NCBI GenBank assembly: GCA_964304625.1
Contig: OZ199839.1
Span: 8,185,410-8,216,359 of the forward strand
Direction: 5' to 3'
Length of the DNA stretch: 30,950 nt
Source: Kudoa neothunni
Taxonomy: Eukaryota > Animalia > Cnidaria
The notes beneath the pieces are model-generated. The model was not told the DNA's origin. It saw only the letters and a list, made by a program, of their open reading frames with translations, and did no database searches. The position numbers were made by a program, and so were the translations under genes. This document shows, piece after piece, positions 1 to 10,760 of the stretch (position 1 is its first letter; every line of letters begins with the position of its first letter).

Positions 1-1
1 G

Positions 2-138
2 TCGAAAAATACAATGTACTTGTTGATGGAGATATCTTGTTAATCAATTATTTTAGAATTATCGCTGTAGTAGTTCCAGTGCTCATCATTGTTGTTGGTG
101 TGGGATTCTATTTCGGATACTGGAAAAATAAAAACTAG
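2..138 (+). CDS. 3' end (last two exons) of a gene for a C-terminally anchored single-pass membrane protein
   Basis: A GT..AG intron at 16-56 joins in frame to give SKNTIIIAVVVPVLIIVVGVGFYFGYWKNKN*. This is a hydrophobic TM helix with a short basic tail; TAG at 136-138. Confidence 0.7.
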   Translation, partial: EKYNVLVDGDILLINYFRIIAVVVPVLIIVVGVGFYFGYWKNKN

Positions 139-2053
139 ATCTTTATTTTAGAATAATGCTCTCACAAGTTGCCGTTCGATTTGGTGATAATATTGATAAA
201 AAATTAATTATTAGTTATCTATTAGATTTCTTCATTCATTATTTTAAAAAATCTAATTATGTATTTTCATACATATTTATTATTTCGAAAATTGTTTCTG
301 TCTTTATTCTGTATCATTTAATATGGGAAAACTAAAATCCAATTTTTTCAATATTCGAATAATTATATTTAAATGTAATAATAAATTTTTTCTATGAATG
401 GTTTGTTTTATCTGATTATAGGTTGAAAATCATTATACCAGTTAAAAGTACCCATATTTAATCTTCAAAGTAACGTTTAGATATGTTAAAATATTTATCG
501 TTTTTAAATTAGGCGATAATATGTTTACAAAGCCGTAATAATTGATGCAATAGAACCATCAGTTTATGGGCTAATATAAAATCTTTTTATTATTATTTAA
601 AATTCAAATGTTGTATTGAGTATATATTTTTATGCAGTACACGTGTGTCATCAAATAAGTAAGTAGGTATATTTATCAATGTGAACGCTCTCGATTGATT
701 TTTAAGTTTCTGGATAAATTCTCTAGTTCCAAATATTTTTAGATTTGGGAAAAACTCTAAAACCTGATTAATAATTAATATTTTATTCATTCAAAATGAA
801 GCTAAATAATTATATCGCGTATTTTACACAGCATGCATACATCATTCAACACATTATCAATATACATTATTAACTCATTTTTCTCTTCAAAATTAATCTC
901 TTAGTTTGCACACGAACGAAATCTAAAAAATTAGATTTCAGTGATTTTCTCTACAATATGATTTTAACTGATAAAATATCTTATAAAATATCCCATATGT
1001 TAATATCATGAAAGTTTATTAAGAAAATAAATTGGAAATAAAAAAATTTAGCTCAAGGTTTTCTCCATTTGCTATGTAAAATAGGGGAACATTTGTATTT
1101 TTATTTAATTGTAACTAATTTAAATTTTTATATAAAGAGAACTTCCGTTGAAGATACACATTCATTGTTTTGTAAGTAAACAAAATATTCATTAGTTTCG
1201 GAAACTTTTAATGAAATGGAATTATTTAGATTCATTTAAATATTCGGTTACAAAATTCCAAATTTTTTCATTTGTTAAAATTGATCTAAGATTTCAAAGG
1301 ATCATGGGGTTGCAAATTTTAAAAAAATCAAGTTTAATGTGGATTTTTAATTTTAGTTCTTCATTATAATTAAAAATGAATTAACTACCTTATTGGAGTA
1401 AATCTTTATAGTTCGTTTATCGGCAAATTTTGAGTATCCATAACGTGTTTCATCAAAACAAGAATGAGTATTTAGAGTAAAATTTATGTTCTTCGTTATT
1501 TAGGGTATTTATTGTTCATTTAAAGTGAACCAAAAATTATTTTTTCTTTTACTCTTATACAACATTACAATCATAAAGATATCCAAGTTTAATTAGTAGG
1601 ATATTTTATTGACTTATCTAGTGAAAATAAAATGGCATTATTTCTTATTAATTTCTATTTAAGCTAAAGTTAAAAGCTATTTTAAACTACATCTCACTTG
1701 TAAATAAAATCACAAAAAGGTATATTTCATTACTAACAATATAGTTACCCAAATATTAGCAATTTTTGAAGGTAAACGTTCAGCTTTTTTAAAATTGTGA
1801 CATTTATGTTTAATAATTATAGCTTCATGTATTTGTTTTACGGTCTTTATTGGACTAGGATTAGATCACATTGAATAATTCTTAGATTGTCTAGAATTTT
1901 TCGCACTTAAACACATTTTAATCAAATGCACCATCAAATGATATTGAGTTATCTATAACTTTTCGGTGTTACTTACGATTCTCATAGAATTAAGTGTGTA
2001 AAACTGAAAAAAAAACATTGAATAAACAATTTTTAATTAACCCTCTTAGGGGC

Positions 2054-4356
2054 TTGGGGTTCTTAATCTTTTGGGAGTCGCCGAACCACTGCTACCCTAT
2101 AGCAGGCCTCGTCGAACCCCCAAACATAAAATTTTTTAAAATTTAAATAAAATTGATTATAATTCAATCAATATTTGGCACATCTTAAAAATTGCAAAAT
2201 ATACAAATAAAATTAATTTAAAGCTCATTAGTGCGATTTTTGTTCTTGTTATTTTGCAACCAATTCCGTAATAGGGTGGCAAAATGTTGGAGAGAGCAAT
2301 TCGCATATCGCTTTCACAGAAAAGCTTATTTCTTAACTTAATTTTTATGGTGACCAATCTTGAAAATGATTGTTCGAAAAGGTAAGTCGTTACGAAAGGA
2401 ATAAAAATTTCAAAGCTTTCTTCGAAATTGTAGAATATTTCTCCATTTGATTTATCCAATAGATTGATGGTGAAACTTTTTCGAAAAGTTGTTTTTAAAT
2501 TACGTTGTGTTGAAGTTCGATAAGTTCATCAAGGTATTTATTATTAGCATCCTCAGCTGAATTATCGAAGCTAAATGACTGCTTCACCCAGTAGGGGAAT
2601 GAATTTTTAGAAGGGAAACAGCCATCGAGTGAGTTAGAAAATTCTTCTAAATGTGCAGCAATTAGTTCCTTTAATTCGAAAGGTAAAATGATCAATTCGT
2701 TGTTATCACCGCCATTAATATTACAAATATCGTCTAAAAGTGGAAAGTTTGCATAATTGTTGACCATTATTCTTCGTTTGTATAAAGATAATTTTATTTG
2801 GAATGCACTAAGATACTCCTCTGCCTCAATGATGTTGACTCCATTTCCTTGCATCTACTAATTCAAAGAATTTGCGGAAACAAAAATATCAGCCATGTAT
2901 GCCAAAAGAAGAGTAAATTCCAAATTATGGAAACATTGAGCATGGCAATGGTTACACTCCAGCAAAAATATATCTATTTCCTCTCGCAGGGTAAAAACGC
3001 GGTTTAATACTTTTCCTCCAGACAGCCACCTCACATTTGAATAAAACAATAGTATTTCAAATTCAGAATCCATTTCGTTGCACAAATATTTGAAGATTCA
3101 ATGATTCAAAGCACTACGTCTCAAAAAATTTAGTCAATTGATAACGATTTCCAACACTTCTGCCAGCCTAAGAGGCATATCCTTTGTTGCTAATGTATAT
3201 CTATGTAAAATGCATTGCGTAACAATAATATGAGGTGCATCTGCTTTCACAAGAACACAAAAACCAGAGTTACGCCCCAGCATAGTTGGGGCACCATTAG
3301 TACAAATAGAAGAAACCATATTCCATGGAAGTCCATTGTCTTCGAAAAACTCATCGACGACTTTCTTGGCATCTAATGCGTTGGTAGTTGTTGTTAAAGG
3401 TTTGCAAAAAAGAATATCTTCAACTATCACACCATTTTTCAAATATCTAACAAACGAAACCAATTGACTTAGGTTTGAGATAGTAGTTTCATCGAATTGT
3501 GTACTAAACTTTGCTTTACTTGAAATTAGATCAGAAATTAATTGGTCCAAAATGTCTTTACTCATATCATCAATTCTTTTTTCAACGGTATCATTTGACA
3601 AAGGAATTTGTGCTAATTTTTTTCTGCAATACTTCCCAATAAATATTTGCCATCTTCAACGCGACAGGTTTAACGAGCGTTTCACCAATATTGTGAGGTT
3701 TACCTTGTTTGCCAATGAGATATGAAACTTCATATGTTGCTGTTAAGATAGGCTTATCAATATTAACAAATCCAAAATTTTGCAACGTAGTTCTTTCATC
3801 ATATCTTGCTCTCTTTGCTTCAAGTTCGGAAAGAGTCATATTCCTATATGCAGAGTCTCCACGAAAATTTGTGAAATGCTCCTTTAGTTTCGCCGGTACC
3901 TAACTAGAATTACTTAACTTCGAGTTGCATATCAAGCAAAGAGGTCGTTGAATACCATTAAGTTCCGTAACATAGGTAAAATCGAACTGTATAAAATCAT
4001 TTGACCACTTTCTTTTTTTGTTAAACATTCAACGAGCCAATATTTATTTCCAGTAACCCTCACAAAATTAGTAAGCAAATAACACTGCCGCGCAGTAAAC
4101 TCTGTAACCCGTTATACGTGATTCTACTAATCAGATAAATCGAAAAGAATTTCAAATGCTCGAATAATAATTGTGAAAAATTATCAATAATTTTTTAATT
4201 GATCAACATTATCTTTTTAATAAAAAGCTTCTAATTAGGATTATAAATACAACCAATAGAAGGTTTATTTAAAATATTAAAATTATAAAGTATATTAATC
4301 CTAGATTTGATCTAAAATTTGGAAGTTCTTCTCCGAACCCAGGTTAAGAACCACTG
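2054..4356 (-). mobile_element. hAT DNA transposon, Buster/Charlie (ZBED5/SCAND3-like) family, decayed
   Basis: Right TIR AGGTTAAGAACCACTG (4341-4356) is followed by GTCTAGAT, which fits the Buster NNNTANNN target consensus. The left TIR is degenerate (TTGGGGTTCTTAATCT, 2054-2069). The TIRs enclose a transposase. Confidence 0.85.
2228..4028 (-). pseudogene. Disrupted hAT/Buster transposase
   Basis: N-terminus MFNKKRKW..RPLCLICNSKLSNSS*VPAKLKEH (BED finger), KPHNIGETLVKP, SNDTVEKRI, QFDETT, ICTNGAPTMLG, CILHR, VRWLSGGKVL and C-terminal FVTTYLFEQSFS..KLRNKL..DMRIALS..QKSH*. Several stops and frameshifts. Confidence 0.92.
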
Positions 4357-4359
4357 GTC

Positions 4360-7300
4360 TAGATGTTCATTTGGCTCTTTTACCAATCACACCTTATTCC
4401 TATGTCTTTTCAGTATTCTCTCGCCATGTTTGATTACAAGAATCATTTTGCCAATTCTACCAATAACGTTAGCTTTTAGACAGCGGGCCCGCTTTTGCTA
4501 AAATTCTTTATGTATCAGGGTGTGTGGGTCTCTGGTTATTCTCACTTGTGGTATGTCTGGTAGGAGATAACGCAGCCCTATGTGCGCCTTTTGGGCCCTA
4601 CCATGTAGTATTTCGGAAGGAGATTTTCCCTCTATGAAAGGTATAGTTCTGCAGGTATATAACAGTTTGATCATCGCTTTTGGTATGCTGTTCCGGTCAT
4701 ACAATATTTTAGAAAAATTACTTTTGAAGGAACGTACGAATCGTTATGCTTCACCATTCGACTGGGGGTGAAATGATGCCGTCAGTAGATGTTCAATGTT
4801 GTTACGTTCACAGAACCTTTTGAAGGTATTGGATGTGAATGTCGTCCCGTTATCGCTAACGATGGTGTCTGGGATTCTCTCCTGCGATAAGATTGCTTCT
4901 AGTGCGTCTTTGGTTATTGTGGAATTAGCAACGGAGATTCTAACCAAAAATGGATATTTGCCGTACGCGTCCACAACAATTAGCCAGTAGTTTCCATAAA
5001 AAGGACCAGCGTAATCAATGTGGATTCTTTCCCAAGGTTTACTTGGCTTGGGCCAACATTGGAATACTTTCGGAGGGTCCGAAGCATTTTCCTGGCATAT
5101 TTTGCAACTTGAAACGTACGCTATTATGTCATCGTTCATTCCGGACCAAAAATAGTGTTTCGGGGCTAGTTTCTTTATTTTTACTATATCCCAGTACCCT
5201 TGGTGTAACATAGCTAGGATTGTTGGGCGGAGTTGCTAGAGTATGATGATTCTATTGCTATCCTTTTGCAGGATTAGTACGCCATCGTCATGAGTTACGT
5301 CATTTTGTAATCGATAGTAATTTCTTAGTTCCTCGTGTTGTATACTTGAAAAGTTTGGCTAGCCATTGTCAGTATATTTCAACAGTAATGAGAGAATTCC
5401 GTCGTTTGCCGTATTTCTTTTAATCACTTCTAGATTCATTGGATCTTCGGTTAACGTTTCGTAGACATTGTTGACTTTGATAAATATTTCATCGTTGTCA
5501 AAGTTGTTATCGTCTCCACACGGTAATCTAGAAAGTGCATTCGCGTTGCTGTGTTCCTTAGTGTTCTTGTACTTTATGTCGTAGTTAAATTGTTCGAAGT
5601 ACAATACCCATCGAAGTAGTTTTTAGATGGCTACTTCTGGAAGATTGCTTCCAGAGTTGAAGATTGAGAGTAGTGGTTTATGATCTGATATTAAGGTGAA
5701 ATTTCTCCCATAGACATACTGGAAAAATTTCTTTATTCCGTATATGATTGAGAGTGCTTCTTTTTCTATTTGGTTGTATTTGACTTGGCTTTCAGTCAAC
5801 GTCTTGGACGCGAATACAATCGGCATTTCGATACCATCATTTACATGAAGTAATACCGCACCTATACCATACTTGGATGCATCGGTGACCAGTATTGATA
5901 GAAGATCGGGGTTACAATGCACCAACCTTGATGAGTTGATGACTGCTTGCTTGATATCGACGAATGCTCTTTGTTCTACTTTTTTCCATCTGAAATTGGT
6001 GTCAGTTCTTTTCAATATATTCAGAGGTCGAGAAACATCGCAAAACATACGTATAAATTTATTATTGTAGTATATATTGCCTACAAATGACTGCAATTCT
6101 TTAAGGTCTTTAGAAGGAGACAACTCTTTGAGAACTTTCATAGAATCTTCGGATGGTCTTATCCCATATTTTGAAACCTTGTGTCCTAAGTAAGTTACTT
6201 CCTGTTGGAACAATTTGAATTTCTTCGACGAGCATCTGAGGTTAAACTCTCGGATTCTGCAGAACAGTTCCCTAAGATTTCTCGTGTGTTCAGAAATGGT
6301 ATCTTCTGAGACTAATATAACGTCTAGGCACGTCACAACATTAGGAAGACACCGAATGAGTTGCTCGGCCAATCTCTGGAATTGAGCAGGCGCTGACGCC
6401 ACTCCGAATGACATCCTATTGTACTGATATAAACCAAAGGGTGTATTTATGACGCAACATTTAGCACTGTCGTATTTCAATTTCACCTGAAAATAGGCGT
6501 CGCTCAGATCTATGATGGAATAGTATTGCGAACCATCAATTGCATTGAACAGTGTTTCAGCTTTTGGAATGGGATGTGAGTCCACGATCAGTTGTGAGTC
6601 TAGAATTTTAAAATCACCACATATCCTCACTGAGTCATCTCCCTTCTTCACGACGACAATGGGACCTGCCTATTCACTAGTAACAATGTCGTTTGACATC
6701 AATCTTTCTCTCTCATTCTTTACTCTCGACATTAAGCTATAGGGTATTGGTCGACATTTCATAAATGATGGTTTCGCATCATGTTTGAACGTTAGCGATG
6801 CCTCAAATTTTGAGCGGAAACCTATCACTTTGTCAAATATATCTTTAAATTCGGTCGTTAGCGGTTTGACGACACTAGGTATATTTGAGGTTTCGACCAA
6901 GTTAACGTCAATGGGTTTGCAGTTAGGGTTTTCACCTTCACGGTGGTTTAGTTGAATTTTCAGTTTTCTAATTAGGTTCAATCCAAGCAAGTTTTCAGCG
7001 TTTTCGGATTTTGCCACCAAAAATGTAACATTGGTTTTGACATTATTGTGCTCCATTTCCACATGAGTTTGTCCAATAAGGGGGTTGGTATTCAACTATA
7101 TGCTTGTAATTTAGCCTTTGTTACGGAAAACTTAACATTTTTGATGTTGTAACGAGATCTGGTGTTTATTATTGATTTTTCAGCTCCAGTATCAATTTGG
7201 AACTCAGTCAGAGTTCCGTTTAGTAGCACTGAGATTATCATTTTGTTACGGTCTCTATTAACGAATGGGTTTATTGTATACACCTTTTGTGTCACCGATT

Positions 7301-8207
7301 GTGTTTTTTGTTCATCTGTAGATAGGCATACATCGGCAAGATGACCTCTCCTGTTGCATTTTTGGCACAGAGAGTTTCAGAATCTACATTTAGTCCTGTT
7401 GTGGTTGATGTAACAACGTTTACATGATCTTGCTTTGTTAGAACGGTGTGATTCTTTTTTTATAGCTCTTGAGGCTCTATTTTTTGTTGTAAAATGGAGG
7501 CATTTTGTGTACTTGAAAAGAACCTCCCACTTTATCATCTTTAATTACAGATGATGCTAGAACTGACGCTTCGTACGTTTCAGCAATTCTAATTATTTCC
7601 TCCAAGGTAAGGTTTTCCATCCTTAGGACAGCATTTCGTACAAACTCATCGAGTGTATTGATGATGATCATATCTCGTATCGCCTTTCCGTGTATCCAAC
7701 ATTTCACTTTTCGTTGTCACATTCGAATTTACATCGTTTAGCTTTTCCTCGAAGCTCGTTTCCCCGTTCAATATAGGAATGGTCTTGCTTCTTGGCTGTT
7801 TTTCTAAATTCCATGAGTGCTACTAGGGGATGAGATTCTTTATTCCAATACCTTGTGAGAGCCAGGGTGATAGCGTCGTATTCCTCCTCTAACATGTTCC
7901 TTTTGGAGTCCAACTTTGGGAGCAGCTCGTATGTTTCCTGGCCAGACCACGCCAAGAATAATGATCGTTTGTGTGTAGCCTCGATCACTCTATATGCAGC
8001 AAAGCGTTGCTCTAATCTTCCAAAGTAGGTTGACCAATCTTCTTTCAAGTTGAAACTAGGGAGACTCGGAACATTCGAGTTATGAGTCGTCTTACTTTTG
8101 TCGGCGGTGATGATGAGTTTCATCATTTTTTCGACGAGCCTTTCATGGCTTCGTTGGTTTTCCTCGTTTAGTTCGAGTAGTAATTGTTGTAAATCCGTTT
8201 TTATCAC
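4360..8207 (-). pseudogene. Gag-Pol polyprotein with stops and frameshifts
   Basis: Gag EDWSTYFGRLEQRF. Double Zn knuckle CKRCYINH..C and CQKCNRRGHLADVC (~7325-7430). Protease FQIDTGAEKS. RT VRICGDFK, IDLSDAYFQ, YNRMSFGVASAP, with YxDD decayed to CLDV. RNase H TDASKYGIGAVL, EKEALSII, SDHKPL. Integrase HQGY..CKIC, IHIDYAGP, VSDNGTTF, HPQSNGEA. Confidence 0.93.
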
Positions 8208-8222
8208 TTTTTCAATCTCAAT

Positions 8223-8240
8223 AATCTGCCCAGCACGCCA
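8223..8240 (-). other. Primer-binding site, tRNA-Ser-like
   Basis: TGGCGTGCTGGGCAGATT is complementary to a tRNA 3' end ...GCCA (discriminator G, as in tRNA-Ser). Confidence 0.7.
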
Positions 8241-8241
8241 C

Positions 8242-8360
8242 TGTTATGTATGCTGATAGAGACACATTTCTTACAATAATAATAATATCGATTAAGGACT
8301 AATTACGTAAATATAATGGCGTAAATTATTGTGGGAGTAGGATTAGATTAATCCTCAACA
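8242..8360 (-). repeat. Putative 5' LTR (~119 bp)
   Basis: Bounded by TGTT...AACA inverted termini and lies 1 nt upstream of the PBS. No second copy is available to confirm the outer end. Confidence 0.65.
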
Positions 8361-8503
8361 GAAGGTTAACCCCATAAAAAAGATTTATTTATTTATTACA
8401 ATTTTTTAGCACATTGATAAAATATTCTTAAAATTTTTAAGGTCCTTGAGATTTAATTTCGAAAAAGAATTATCATAAAATGTACAATAATTCAGGGATA
8501 TTG

Positions 8504-10457
8504 CGTAGCAGGGTCACTACCCAATTTTGTTATTTATTAGAATAAACACTTAAAAATGTTTAATGAACCAAAATTATTATTAAAAATATGGTCTAGTTTC
8601 AGAGGAAATTTGGCTGCATGTTTACTGCGCACTAAAAATCCCCCAATTAAATCCAACGACATGGTTAGTACGCAGCTGAGAATTCTTAAAAAGTATCGAT
8701 ATTTAGATTATTAAGTTAGAATAATAAGATATTATGATAAAATTAAAAAAAATCAGTGGTTCAATAGCCAAAACTGTTGGGAATTTGAATTAAAATCAAT
8801 ATCCTCCTTAGACTGCATACTATTAAAAAAGAATAGTATTCGGAAAGATTGTAACACTGGGCGCCTAGAATACAGCAGGGAAGCCTTAAGAAAAGATAAT
8901 TTTAACATTTTAGATTCTTAGGTTAATGAGTGGATTGACCTAATGAGATCACTTAATATCGAACTCTCTCAGGACGATGTAATTAAAAAGACCTACGATT
9001 ATTCATATGAAATTAAAAAACACAATCTCTATGGTTTTTGAATGTTGGTTTTAAGGATTTTCTTCAAGAGTTGGACTAAAAATAACAAATTCATAGATGA
9101 ATCCAAGAGTGTTGTTCTTTAAATAGTTTCCTCTCTGAGCGATCAATTGTTAAAGTTGATCGAAAAACTATGATCAACAAGATATTTCTGATCTGGATGA
9201 AACTGGACTATTTTACCAGAAAAGAAAAGGTAAAATATCACTTAAATTTACATTTCTATGTGTAATTTAATGTATGGTTAAGCATTTAAAATGGTGGAAA
9301 ACTTGAGCGGTTATAAAATATTCAACGAGGGAATAACAATTGTTACGATCTATTCGATGCTAGAAAAAAAGACAAATTAATAATTCACCATCATGAAACA
9401 CCTTGGTGCTTCCGTAAAATAAAAGACCTTCCACTTGTCTATTAGGCTAAAATTAAGACTTTATTTTTTCAAAATATCTGACGCAATAAAAGCATGAACT
9501 TTCTTAGAGGAGGAGAAAAATAATATGATTTGGGAAAAATTTCCCAACTCACCAAACGTTAAGTTTTTCAAATATTCGACTCTGTTTTTCCACTCCAAAA
9601 TCAACAAACCTACCGCAAACTATTAAATCAAAGATCTATTAACAATTTTAATTACATTTAAAAAAATCTCTCGACGAACTATTATATCAATAAATTTGCT
9701 GTTAATTCCATTAATGTTTTTGATGATAATTTAATTAACGATCCTTCAGATTTACTTGAAGATAAGTACATGATGAAAGATGTGTAGAAATTCATGGGTG
9801 AAGAAACAATCAGAAGCTTTTTTAAAAAAATCATTCTTTTTGATAACTATGGATCAGAGGGTATTATCCTTTCGATTGGAAGTAATTTCCCAGAAAATCG
9901 ATCTGAACATTGTGTTATTGAAGAAGAGATTATTTCAGTTAGGGGTTCGGAAGAAAGATGTGTTAATAAATAATGAAGTCGATGCAAGGAATGAATTATT
10001 TACTGATGAAAATGATGAAAAAACGGGAATTATTTGTTTCATCAATTAAGTCAGTGAGCGTTTAAATAAATTAAGAAAAAATATTTTTGCTCATGGCTTA
10101 TCTATGTTGGAAAATTCAACAAAATTGAACGTATTCGTCTGTATAATAAAACATGGTTCGAAAAGAATGCTAAAATAATTGACTATCTAAAAAATCTGTA
10201 TATTTTCGAATTATTACAGTTTATTTATTTTATATTCGCTGATTTGTTCGTTTAATATTAAACCTTTCTAAATATTTACAGGTTATCATTAATATTGTAA
10301 AGCAAATGTAATTGTTACATACAAAATACGACAGCGCGCCATTATTAAACACCTGTTATAATGTGCGCGCGAACATTTATGGATGCTGCCTATTTCAGGG
10401 TTACTACGCACCTAAAAGCTTTGTCCCAACAAAATTCGTAGTATTCCATCACTACTG
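8504..10457 (+). mobile_element. Highly decayed Tigger/pogo (CENP-B/DDE_1) transposon
   Basis: GATATTTCTGATCTGGATGAAACTGGACTATTTTAC at 9181 translates as DISDLDETGLFY, the Tigger DETGLFY motif. Acidic C-terminal remnant and KIIDYLK near 10170-10195. Right end ...CGTAGTATTCCATCACTACTG|TA, with a weak inverted match (ACTAC..AATTTTGTT) near 8516. Confidence 0.7.
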
Positions 10458-10760
10458 TAGTTATGCTTATTTTCCTCATAAATAACTCTATTTTTCATTT
10501 TTAAGAAAAGAAATAGTACAAAACTAATGTAATTTATTAAATCTTATGTGATGCTAGTTTTATTATCTTTATTCAAATGGCACAAATATTTGATAATATA
10601 TTAAAATTTACTATTGTAATTTAAGCGTGTTTTTATATAAAATGCAATAAATACTTTTAACCGATTTATATCATTTTAACACAAACATAAATTTCATTAT
10701 AAGCTAATTAAACTAAAAATTCAAATAATGTTATTATCCAATGGAAAAATGAGATACAAT

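Larger units (their letters stand above)
4357..8360 (-). mobile_element. Ty3/Gypsy LTR retrotransposon (Mag-like clade), 3'-truncated and degenerate
   Basis: Minus-strand order is LTR, PBS, gag, PR, RT, RH, IN, which is the Gypsy order. The element stops at the hAT right TIR and no 3' LTR is visible. Confidence 0.92.

Noticed and set aside
2157-4028. Domesticated ZBED5/SCAND3-like host gene
   Set aside because: Multiple stops and frameshifts, no introns, and flanking TIRs indicate a dead transposon.
5623-6651. RT as part of a retron, DGR or other novel RT system
   Set aside because: It lies in an ordinary Gypsy gag-PR-RT-RH-IN context and the catalytic YxDD is lost.
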